Shown here: piece after piece, positions 53,423-64,000 of the stretch
Position numbering within the stretch: the first letter of the stretch is position 1
How the letters are laid out: each line of letters starts with the position of its first letter
Assembly (NCBI GenBank): GCA_051362555.1
Contig: CM120647.1
Span: forward strand, 62,001 to 126,000
Direction of reading: 5' to 3'
DNA from: Lingula anatina
Lineage: Eukaryota > Animalia > Brachiopoda
Length of the DNA: 64,000 nucleotides
Position numbers and translations under genes: made by a program
The notes under the pieces: model-generated
Told to the model about the DNA's origin: nothing
Databases searched by the model: none
Seen by the model: the letters and a program-made list of their open reading frames with translations, nothing else

Positions 53423-56400
53423 ATGGGATTGTTTGGGAGTTCTTCGCCATTTGATCAGGATGTTGGTGAGTTCGATTTTTAGGTGTTTATCTTTTTGTTG
53501 TACCTGAACGACTTCAAACTCTTATCAGTCCGTTAGTATGCAAGAATCCTAGGTAAATTCATGTCTCTCCAACAAAAATATTCGGCGATATCCTAACTGT
53601 GACTCATCGTCATACGAAAAACAGTGAATAGGCTAATTTTATTCCAGAAATAGATCTTAGGCCTTCCCCACTTGATCTAAGAACCACACAAGGCTTTTGC
53701 GCTTTGGACACTGAGACAGGCGCTTGCGACTTAAAGCTGCAGTCAGTGAAATCGTAGCCCAATCACGCTCAGTTGTCACCTTGATCAGTCGATGATATAT
53801 AAACCCGCACTTAGAGAGTTTGGTGTACACTGCAGTAACTAAAGAGAGCAAAGTGTTCATACACAGGAAGTCACACCATCAGAGCATAACTGGAATTAAA
53901 TTGAAGTCTCTGCATTACCACTTTTATATTTTACTTACTGTACCTTTTTTATCTACAGTATGTGCTAATTAGTGAAAAATAAAGGTAGTACTTTGAAATC
54001 ACACATGCAGGCTTACAAAGGCAGGGTATTGTAATGGATTTTAGGTACTTAAGTAATGATTGTAGCAATATTTATCACTCTCTTTGAAACAAAAAATTTT
54101 GTAAAACAGCTTCATTTTTCTCTCATCCCAAGAGCAATGTCAGGCTGCTTGCCACAGGTCATTGGCTGTGTAAAGACCTGGGAACAATTCTTACCCTGGT
54201 GTGGTAGTTAAAAGAATGATCTGGTCATAGATGGGGGACAGCTGGTATTTACCTTGTCTCTATTCAGGGTGGGATCCTGTTGTCTGATGTGTACTGCTTC
54301 TTTGACTTTCCCCCTGGTCCATTGTTGCTCTCTGGCTAGGGCTGTGGTGGCCTGTTTTTATACAATATTCACCTATGTCTATGTGGTAGTCTAGGTTGCA
54401 GTGTTCCTGTAATCACTGTCTCAGTGTCTGCTAAGTTTCTGCTGTGTATTTGTATGTTGGACCAGAGTCACATCATATGGTAGATGGGGCCACATACTTA
54501 GTCTTTGGTTGGCTTAGTTTTGGAGTGCAACAAGGCTGAGAGCAGGGTGTTGGTTGATTTATGGAACATATGGATGCCATGTGACCTGTTGGTCCTCCAT
54601 AATTTCTCAGACATACCTATTGACAAAATAGAACTTTGTGATATGAAGAAGTTGAACTGTTTGTTTGTGTTCCAGAGAAGGCCACCAGTGAAATGAACAC
54701 CACTGAAGACTGGGCTCTCATTATGGAGATTTGTGACAGAGTTGGCCGGGAACAGAATGGGTAAGAATAAAGGTTATAGTGTGTGTGTCAATGTGTGTGT
54801 GGGTGGGTGGTGATGGGGGACAGATTTAGACACAAGTTGTTGTTTAGTAGGGAGGAGAAATAGTCAAAAGTTAGAGTGCATGTGTGGAGGAGGAGAAGAA
54901 GGAGAGAGAGAATTAGATACAAGTTAGATTGTGTCAGTGTTGGAGGAGGGCTTGTGTGGGGGAGAGGAGACCATCAGGGAATTGGCAGCATCACTTTTTA
55001 AGTGGGGTTCGCCATATTTATTTGGCAGATCAGTTAGTCTGTGGATCATGTGTTTTGAGTGTACTCTGTGAGGGTAGCCTGAATTAAAGGTACATACGAA
55101 GCGAGCATCGGTGGAGCGTGGATTCCCAGTAACACATGTAAACCACTTCTACTAGATTCTTATATAACTCAAATAAATTCGATCAGTTAGCCTGTGGATC
55201 ATGTGTTTTGAATGCGTGATGTGTGAGGGTGGTTGGGGGTAAGAATTATATACAAGCTAATATCAAGGGGTACTTTAGGGTGGGGTCTGTGAATGCAGAT
55301 GTCATTCTTGTATTAATTTAAAAGTGTAAATAAAATACTCAACTCAAAAATTGCTGTAATAAGATATTAGTATAGATGTGTATCAGCATTATGGTTATTT
55401 TTTCCAGACCCAAAGATTGTCTTAGAAGTATAATGAAGAGGATTAAACACCAGATTCCACAAGTCTCAATGCAAGCTATCACTGTAAGTGGCTGCAATGC
55501 GAGACTCTCGCTCTTTTCAAACTGTGTCAAGATGGCTGACAACCCAGGTTGAACAGGGGACAATTAATATGATTATTTTTGCAAAATTGATTGAGGCCAT
55601 TTATCTTTAGCTCCTAATTTTGTGGCTCAAACCTTTTTAGTGGTCTGCATCAAGATCCTGGCTAAACCCCTGTCAATGTCTTAGAGACCATTCCCACAGA
55701 TATTTAGATCGATCTATTCCCCTGGGGAGTATCACTAGATATTGTTGTCAGCTTAACTGGCTCTAATGTCTGTTCCGCCTACTAAAAGCTATAAGGGGGT
55801 AATTAACTTTCATGCGTGCTTGGCTCCCAGAAGCTGACAGCAATTTAGCGTGAACCCCCAGGAAGTTAGGTCTGAACCCCCAGGGAGTTAGGTCCATCCA
55901 GATGACTCGTTCTAAATATATTTGGGAACCTAGACTTTGACCTCTTGAACTGAATATGTTGAAAGTAATTTTACCCAAAACTTTTGTCAATTTAGTTTCT
56001 TTATGTTAACATGTATTTTTTTGTTACTCACTTACCTAGAAACATTTTAGGCATAATTTTTATAAAATATCATAAATATTACTGACACATTGAAAATCTT
56101 TTCTTTTCTTTTCAGTTTTACAGTAAGTTTGATATATTTTGACAAGAGATTCAGAGAATATAAATTGTTTCTGTTTTGATTAATTGCTGGTCTTTTTGAA
56201 TTGATAGTAACATTTCATTGTGTGAAGCATATGTTCATCCAGAAGAAAAAACAAATTAATATGTAGTTGTCTGACTTTGCTTCTTTCTTATTCTCAGCTC
56301 TTAGATTCTTGTGTCAGCAACTGTGGACATACGTTTCACCTGGAGGTGGCCTCTCGTGATTTCAGCTCAGAGGTCAAGGCTGTCCTCAGTGGCAAGGTAC

Positions 56401-59400
56401 AGTGATCTGTGGGGTAAACTTCCTGTCTACACTTGGGCCATTTGTATCAGTGTTTCCACATGACAGCACTGCTTGTTTTAACATTTCAGATATGCTGGCA
56501 GCTTTGGTGGAGTGTGCAATGTTTCATTTCAGAAGCCATGTGTAAGATGGGTTGGCAACAAAATTGTTTCAGTTCTTATTCTGGGAGTAAACCTGGATTG
56601 CAACCTGCCCCCCCCCCCCCCCCCCCCCCACCTACCAAGTGCAACTCTCCCCCCCCCCCCATTGTGTTGACCACTGACCCTCAGTAGATGCAGGGTTGCA
56701 ATCCTGTGTTGACTACCTGGTGTCAGGGCTAAACATGGTTGTTGTCTAATCTCCACTGTACCCACAGTGACAGTGCCACACTGGCTGCTAGCTGGTTATC
56801 CTGGAAATTAAGAAACATGTATATATACAGTAAACTATTTCCTAAGATCCAGCTGCCATCTAGGGTACTGCCAGTGTGTGTTTACCAGAACTGTCATGTC
56901 TGCATGTTGATATTGCCACTGTAATATTGCCACTGTCACATGGTCAACTCAAAGGTTCTTCTTCTTCATCATAACTGGACATAGCTGGACACTACCACGT
57001 CTCTGGACAGGAAAGGCTGCATATAGCAACACAGTTCACTGTGGAAATATGTTTGAAACTGGTCAAATATATTGTGTGATATAGTCCACCACCTCTATCA
57101 AATTTTGGGTTTTGATTCTCCGTGCTGATTTCTGGGAGGTGAAGCAATGTGTATTGAAAAAGGGAACACATGAAATTTTAACATAAAGGTCATAAAAGTG
57201 CAGGCCTCTAAAACTTTGATTTATTTTCAATCATAACATCTGAAGTAATAACAAGTATTAAAAACCACAGCAGAGAAGCCCCTTCTAATTAATAACAATG
57301 TGTTCTAGTGTAAAGTGTCTTACACAACAAAGCCGTCTGTATGACCTTGTTTTGTAATGAGGCACAAAAGTTTGTATCCTGTGTTATGTCCAGTTATGGT
57401 GCTTCATATGATGGGATGGATCTGTAGTGGCCATGATGACTCGGGTATTTTTTACTGTTGCTTGAACTCACTGGTCACGTTGCATGTTACTTTAGCTCCT
57501 GGACGCGTGTGTCAGCAACTGTGGGAAGGTATTTCACCAGCAAGTCGCCAGCAAGGACTTCACTGACGATATCAAACCTTGTATAATGGGAAAGGTTAGA
57601 ATACAAGCTTACTTACTTTACTGACATCTACTGGCAGGAGAGGAAGTTAACTGGCTTAAACAATATTATACATGGTTGTACTCACAAACAGAGAGAGAGG
57701 GGGGTATTTTTCTGAAAAGAATTGTATCACTTGTAAAAAAGTTTTGATAAAAGAGTTTCTAAGTGAAGAAATGATCTTTGTGAATATTATGTTTACAAGA
57801 CCCGTGTCCATAGTTAGAATTTGTCTGCATGGCTGTAAATGTACTGTTAAATGTTATCTGAGGCAAACACCACTCCCCAATGTTAATAGGATCAGTAGTC
57901 TACTGGGTGTAAATGTAGTATTAAATGTTATCAGCAACCAGTATGCTGTTAGAAGTTCTGGATTTGAACATCTGAGACAGCTGTGAAGCTCACAAATCTA
58001 CGATAACAACTAATTTCTCTCTTTAGTTTTGGTAACGACACTGGGTTTCATTTTACACAAAACTTTGCTTAGCTAAACAGTACTTAGCAGTCTTTAAAAT
58101 ATTATGTAATGGTTTGTAAGGATTAACTCACTTTAATTTAACTTAACAAAACTGTATAAGAGGGTGAAAACTAGTGGCTGAATTTTGAGATCAGAAAAAA
58201 GAGGTGAGTGGTCTTACAGGATCTCTGTGAAATGCCACTTAGTCATAAAAGACATCTGATCTTAAATTCTGTTATTGAGAATGTTGTCAGTACTTGCATT
58301 GATGTTCTATCTCTGATGATTAGTTTGTCTTTTCAGCAGGCACACCCTAAGGTGGCAGAGAAGCTGAAGGAAATGATTAAAAAGTGGGCAAAAGGAGATT
58401 TTAAAAGTGACCCGTCATTAAGGTAGGGATAACACCACTGGTAGACATATCAACTTATTGTCTTACTGTTGTATACAGCATGTAATTGAAATAATACTAG
58501 GAGATCAGATACTGAAGATTTGTTATGAGAGCCTACTGTAGACAGATAATTATTACTCCTTTATTCACAAATGAATGTTGACTGACCAAAGTGTGTTTTC
58601 TCTTTACAGTTTGATCCCTCAGCTGTACCGCAGTCTGAAGGCAGAGGGCCACAGTTTTACCTCCTCAGATACAGTAAGTCTTCCTTTGCTTGGGATGGAG
58701 GTAGGGGGGGTTGTACCACAGTCTGAAGGCAGAGGGCCATAGTTTTACCTCCTCAGATACAGTAAGTCTTCCTTTACTTGGGATGGAGGGAGGGGGTTGT
58801 ACCACATTCTGAAGGCAGAGGGCCATAGTTTTACCTCCTCAGATACAGTAAGTCTTCCTTTACTTGGGATGGAGGGAGGGGGGTTGTACCACAGTCTGAA
58901 GGCAGAGGGCCACAGTTTTACCTCCTCAGATACAGTAAGTCTTCCTTTGCTTGGGATGGAGGGAGGGGGGTTGTACCACAGTCTGAAGGCAGAGGGCCAT
59001 AGTTTTACCTCCTCAGATACAGTAAGTCTTCCTTTGCTTGGGATGGAGGGAGGGGGTTGTACCACAGTCTGAAGGCAGAGGGCCATAGTTTTACCTCCTC
59101 AGATACAGTAAGTCTTCCTTTGCTTAGGATGGAGGTAGGGGGGTTGTACCACATTCTGAAGGCAGAGGGCCATAGTTTTACCTCCTCAGATACAGTAAGT
59201 CTTCCTTTACTTGGGATGGAGGGAGGGGGGTTGTACCACAGTCTGAAGGCAGAGGGCCATAGTTTTACCTCCTCAGATACAGTAAGTCTTCCTTTGCTTA
59301 GGATGGAGGTAGGGGGGTTGTACCACATTCTGAAGGCAGAGGGCCATAGTTTTACCTCCTCAGATACAGTAAGTCTTCCTTTACTTGGGATGGAGGGAGG

Positions 59401-62194
59401 GGGGTTGTACCACAGTCTGAAGGCAGAGGGCCATAGTTTTACCTCCTCAGATACAGTAAGTCTTCCTTTGCTTGGGATGGAGGGAGGGGGTTGTACCACA
59501 GTCTGAAGGCAGAGGGCCATAGTTTTACCTCCTCAGATACAGTAAGTCTTCCTTTGCTTGGGATGGAGGGAGGGGGTTGTACCACAGTCTGAAGGCAGAG
59601 GGCCATAGTTTTACCTCCTCAGATACAGTAAGTCTTCCTTTGCTTAGGATGGAGGTAGGGGGGTTGTACCACATTCTGAAGGCAGAGGGCCATAGTTTTA
59701 CCTCCTCAGATACAGTAAGTCTTCCTTTGCTTAGGATGGAGGTAGGGGGGTTGTACCACATTCTGAAGGCAGAGGGCCATAGTTTTACCTCCTCAGATAC
59801 AGTAAGTCTTCCTTTACTTGGGATGGAGGGAGGGGGTTGTACCACAGTCTGAAGGCAGAGGGCCATAGTTTTACCTCCTCAGATACAGTAAGTCTTCCTT
59901 TACTTGGGATGGAGGGAGGGGGGTTGTGCCACAGTCTGAAGGCAGAGGGACATGTTTGCAGTAGTAAGACAGTAGTGGACTGTTGTGGTTTAATTATTGG
60001 TTATTTCCTCTTTATTATAGCCTAAGTCATCCAGTAGTACTACCAGTGGCTCGTCCGACATCACAGCGCAGGAAGAAGATGACATTATGAAAGGTAAAGA
60101 CAAGCATCCATGGCTTGTTACCTTTTAGATACTGGAAAACAACTATTCTTAAATCTGTTGACAACATATATTAGCAGTGTGTGTAGTGTCATTGAGCAGT
60201 GCAGCTTTAGTGCACATTTTCCCTTTGTTGTTGCTTTTAAAAACTTGCTCACTTCAGTTAATTTTGATGCTAAGACAACACCATTTTAACACCGTATATG
60301 CATTTCCAGCTATAGCGGCATCTTTAGAAGAACAAGAAAAGAAGACAAAATCTAGCAGCTTGTACCCATCAACAGGTGGAGCCACCAGCAGTCTGTATCC
60401 CTCAGCGAGGGCACCTTCTCCTATACAGAACAAAAACAGAGAATTACGAAAAGTAAGCATTCTGAGTGTTTCTGTTAAAGTGATGAAGAGAGAGTGAGGT
60501 CAAATGTAAGTACCTTGAAGCTGTTTCTTCTTAGTTATATTTTAGTCTAGTATACATGTGCATATAAAATGAGTAGGCACGTCAGATTATTGTCACTAAA
60601 CCCGACAAATGCTGCCGTATATTTTCAGAAGTATAATTTAAAGTTATACCAAAGGGTTTTGTTTTATAATTCCAAAAAATGGTAATTGAACAGATACTTC
60701 ATGCTTAATCTCTGAGCTGTAAATATAACCCGTAGATGTTTCTGCCAACTTTTATTTGAATAATTCTGCTATTGCACACAGCAGTAGTCTGTCATACGTT
60801 ACAAGGTCATTTGGCACTAACTGGAGGGACCAGTAAGTAGGTCAAATGTACTACTGCCAGAAATTTGAAGAGTTTTAGATTTGACTGCTGTGGAATTGTA
60901 TTTATAGAAAATGGTAGTAACTGTTACAGTAGTTGTATAAGAAAATGGTATTAACTGTTACAGTAGTTGTATAAGAAAATGGTAGTAACTGTTACTGTAG
61001 TTGTATAAGAAAATGGTAGTAACTGTTACAGTAGTTGTATAAGAAAATGGTAGTGACTGTTACAGTAGTTGTATAAGAAAATGGTAGTAACTGTTACTGT
61101 AGTGATTTAAATGTGTTACAGGGAATTTTCACCTTATTTATGTGTCTTTGAAAGTTTTTTTTTAAACATCCAGTGTCATAATGCTCCCTAGGACTAACAC
61201 TATCAATTTTGACAATAAGGACATTGTTATTATATAACTGCTCTCATACACATCAATGATGTTATTATTGTCAAGTACAAACACTGTATTTACTGCTGTG
61301 ATAAAGAAATAACTACTTTGTTTTGTCAGGTACAAGCACTGTATTACTGCTGTGATAAAGAAATAACTACTTTGTTTTGTCAAGTACAAGCACTGTATTA
61401 CTGCTGTGATAAAGAAATAACTATGTTGTCTTTGCCAGGTACGAGCCCTGTATGACTTTGAAGCAGCAGAAGACAATGAACTGACCTTCAAAACTGGAGA
61501 AATTCTCAGCATTCTAGATGACAGGTACCTGCTGTGAACAGTTACATACTAATGTCTTTCCAAAATTGTTACTATTTCTTGTGAGACAGAAGTCCTTTGC
61601 TCTTGATTTACAAAATTCATAAGTCATTCAGATGTATGTACTAAGAAGAGAGTTAAAGTAAGAAATGTACTTAGTTCTACTGTTCTCTACTTCAGTGATC
61701 CAAACTGGTGGAAGGGGGTCAGCTACAGGGGCGAGGGTCTCTTCCCTGCCAACTTTGTCACCGCGGACTTAACTGTAGAACCAGAGTCCAGTAAGTGGTC
61801 TTGTTAACTGTAGAACCAGAGTCCAGTAAGTGGTCTTGTTAACTGTAGAACCAGAGTCCAGTATGTGGTCTTCTAAATGACTGGAATTAAAAAAAAAAGA
61901 AAACAAACAAATAAGAGCAAGCTGGGGATTTAAAATCGCCGAGATTGTTACAGCACTAGAGCTGGTCCAGAGAGGATGGTCCAAAGTTGATTATTTAGAG
62001 AAAATAATACTTTTCTTAGATGAGATTTTTACAGAGAAATCTTATCCTGTGCATCTTTAATTGCCTTCCAGAAATGACAATTTCCATTTGTGTTTTATTT
62101 CAGCAAAAGATAAGAAGGTATCATTTAATGAAGATGTAGAAGTGAAAACGATAGAAGTTGCCCCTGAAACAGTAGTTATTGATGAGGTAATCAA

Positions 62195-62229
<35 letters not shown>

Positions 62230-63492
62230 TGAATAGTTAACCACCGTGATGCAAAAATGCCTGTATTTCATGAAATCCCCATGACTCCTCACAGACTAAC
62301 CCCATATCATCTTATTGTGTGTTTCAGTCTAAGATGGATGAATGTCTTGACCAGCTCCAGAATGCTGATCCTACAGGCCAGAATAGACCAGACACACAGG
62401 AGATGCTGCAACTAGAGGGTAAACTACTGCCACCACACATTGTCTTTGTTCTGGTAGAAACTTAGTCTATGTTCCATTAAATTTATAGTGTGTATTATGT
62501 TAGATGCTCAATAAGATTGTGTTATGTCTGTTGTGTTAGATTCTCAGTATACAGTAGTCCATGAAAACAGAAATCATATCACAGTTTACAATAACAATGT
62601 GTTTTCTGTGTTTTAGAAGAGTGCAGGCAGATGGGGCCTCTGATAGACCAGGAACTGGAGCAGATAGACAGGTAAGTCACATCCAGCGCAATCTGCTGTC
62701 ACACCTAACACAATCTGTTGTCACATCCAACACAATCTACTGTCTCCCCAAACACAATCTACTGTCACACCCAACACAATCTCTTCTGTCACACCAAACA
62801 AAATCTAGTGGTACACTTGACATTCTTCCAGGAATCACAATATGTTGATGGAGTTGAACCAGAAAGTCTGTGAGGCTCTGCAGATGTATAACACACTGAT
62901 GAATGAAGGGCCTCGCTATAGCTACAAAGGTGCACCGTCTGGGCCAAGTGTGCAGGGTTATCAAGGTCAAGGTCCCCCAGGAATGCAGCCACCCCCTCAG
63001 GTACAACTAAAAGTAAAGTGGGATTGGGGGGGGGGTGTAGTACTGCCCCCCTCAGGTACAACTAAAACTATAAGAACAAAGTTATTTAACAGTGCAAGGG
63101 GGGGGGGGAATACTTTTTGGGAACAAATGCTGACATTTGAAGCCTTTTTGAAAAACAGAAAAATGTAGATTGTCATTGCAAAGCATTAATTAAAAGATAT
63201 GATTTTAGCAAGCCAGGTAAAGCTGACAAATGTACAGACAGTGCAACTAGGGTAGGTAGAATACTTCCCGTTTGGTACACAACTCTTTGTTGTTAAAATT
63301 GATAATTTGTCTGTTTCAGATGTTTGATGGACACCCTGGTTATATCCCACCTGGTTCTCTGCCATCTGTAGGTCAAGGTCACCCCCAAGGTCAAGTGCTC
63401 CCTCAAGGTGAAGGTCAGTTACCAAGGCACTCCTCTGATCCTAGATTGAACCAGTATTTAGGCAATCAACTTGAACCACAATCTTTTTCCAG
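53423..63492 (+). CDS. STAM: Signal transducing adapter molecule (ESCRT-0; VHS, UIM, SH3, GAT), 3'-incomplete in window
   Basis: Exons 53423-53465, 54676-54760, 55408-55483, [56298-56396 or 57496-57594], 58337/58340-58422, 58610-58673, 60021-60093, 60310-60452, 61439-61524, 61696-61790, 62104-62186, 62328-62418, 62617-62671, 62832-63000, 63320-63492; GT-AG, phases consistent. [35 protein letters not shown] (VHS), EEDDIMKAIAASL (UIM), [18 protein letters not shown]...NWWKG...GLFPANFV (SH3), ADPT...[15 protein letters not shown] (GAT). Confidence 0.96.
56298..56396 (+). CDS. STAM: STAM exon 4a ([33 protein letters not shown])
   Basis: 99 nt, phase 0-0, TTCTCAG| and AAG|GTACAG. Confidence 0.9.
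57496..57594 (+). CDS. STAM: STAM exon 4b, paralogous alternative exon ([33 protein letters not shown])
   Basis: 99 nt, phase 0-0, CTTTAG| and AAG|GTTAGA. Confidence 0.85.
58624..59950 (+). repeat. 86-88 bp minisatellite, 15 full copies + partial, derived from STAM exon 6 3' end and its donor
   Basis: Unit TGTACCACAGTCTGAAGGCAGAGGGCCATAGTTTTACCTCCTCAGATACA|GTAAGTCTTCCTTT...G-run. Confidence 0.97.
60906..61102. repeat. 34-bp tandem repeat, ~5.5 copies, intronic
   Basis: AGAAAATGGTAGTAACTGTTACAGTAGTTGTATA. Confidence 0.92.
61268..61457 (+). repeat. 54-55 bp tandem repeat spanning the exon 9 acceptor
   Basis: TTGTCA(A/G)GTACAAGCACTGTATTACT units ending in the real TTGCCAG|GTACGAGCCCTGTATGACT. 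Confidence 0.8.
61769..61872 (+). repeat. 35-bp tandem repeat x3 spanning the exon 10 donor
   Basis: TTAACTGTAGAACCAGAGTCCA|GTAAGTGGTCTTG. Confidence 0.93.
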
Positions 63493-63509
63493 GTAAGTGA
63501 ACTCTCTTA

Positions 63510-63668
63510 ACCTAATCTGCTGTCACGCCCAACACAATCTGCTGTCTCCCCAAACACAATCTACTGTCTCACCCAACACAATCTACTGTCTCCCCAAACA
63601 CAATCTACTGTCTCACCCAACACAATCTACTGTCTCCCCAAACACAATCAACTGTCACATCCAACACA
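63510..63668. repeat. 22-bp tandem repeat (CACAATCTACTGTCTC[A/C]CC[C/A]AA), also at ~62685-62800
   Basis: Same unit in two different STAM introns. Confidence 0.88.
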
Positions 63669-63670
63669 GC

Positions 63671-64000
63671 TACATACACACTATATCTTAACATCTCAAC
63701 AATATTCTTCTTATCATTGGACATGATAAATAAAATATATGACATACACACTATATCTTTACATCTAAACAATATTCTTCTTATCATGGGACATGATAAA
63801 TAAAATATATGACATACACACTATATCTTTACATCTAAACAATATTCTTCTTATCATGGGACATGATAAATAAAATATATGACATACACACTATATCTTT
63901 ACATCTAAACAATATTCTTCTTATCATGGGACATGATAAATAAAATATATGACATACACACTATATCTTTACATCTAAACAATATTCTTCTTATCATGGG
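63671..64000. repeat. 70-bp tandem repeat running off the window
   Basis: GACATACACACTATATC... at 63741, 63811, 63881, 63951. Confidence 0.95.

Noticed and set aside
58624-59950. CRISPR array or repeat-protein ORFs on both strands
   Set aside because: No unique spacers and no cas genes; the ORFs are by-products of an ~87-bp intronic minisatellite.

Overview
AT-rich, transposon-dense animal (invertebrate, probably lophotrochozoan-like) genomic DNA with two real protein-coding genes in divergent orientation. (1) Minus strand, 45580->34623: a 4-exon, 1014-codon gene reconstructed by hand. It encodes a full-length homologue of the bacterial VioB/RebD/StaD family (heme-dependent imino-arylpyruvate dimer / chromopyrrolic acid synthases with a ferritin-like domain). 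It has canonical GT-AG introns, an extra N-terminal signal-peptide-like exon, Cys-rich segments and N-glycosylation sequons. The 906-aa ORF in the track is only its last exon. (2) Plus strand, 53423->beyond the window: STAM (ESCRT-0 subunit; VHS-UIM-SH3-GAT). It has a duplicated, probably mutually exclusive exon 4a/4b and four separate tandem duplications that span its own splice junctions, one with 15 donor copies. The rest is decayed mobile DNA: Tc1/mariner, Penelope (with hammerhead ribozyme cores), Gypsy (one with Gmr1-like domain order), RTE and L2/CR1 LINEs, a tRNA-SINE, MITEs, and a ~2.4-kb-arm inverted duplication at 20.3-26.3 kb. All family assignments are from motif recognition, not database searches.
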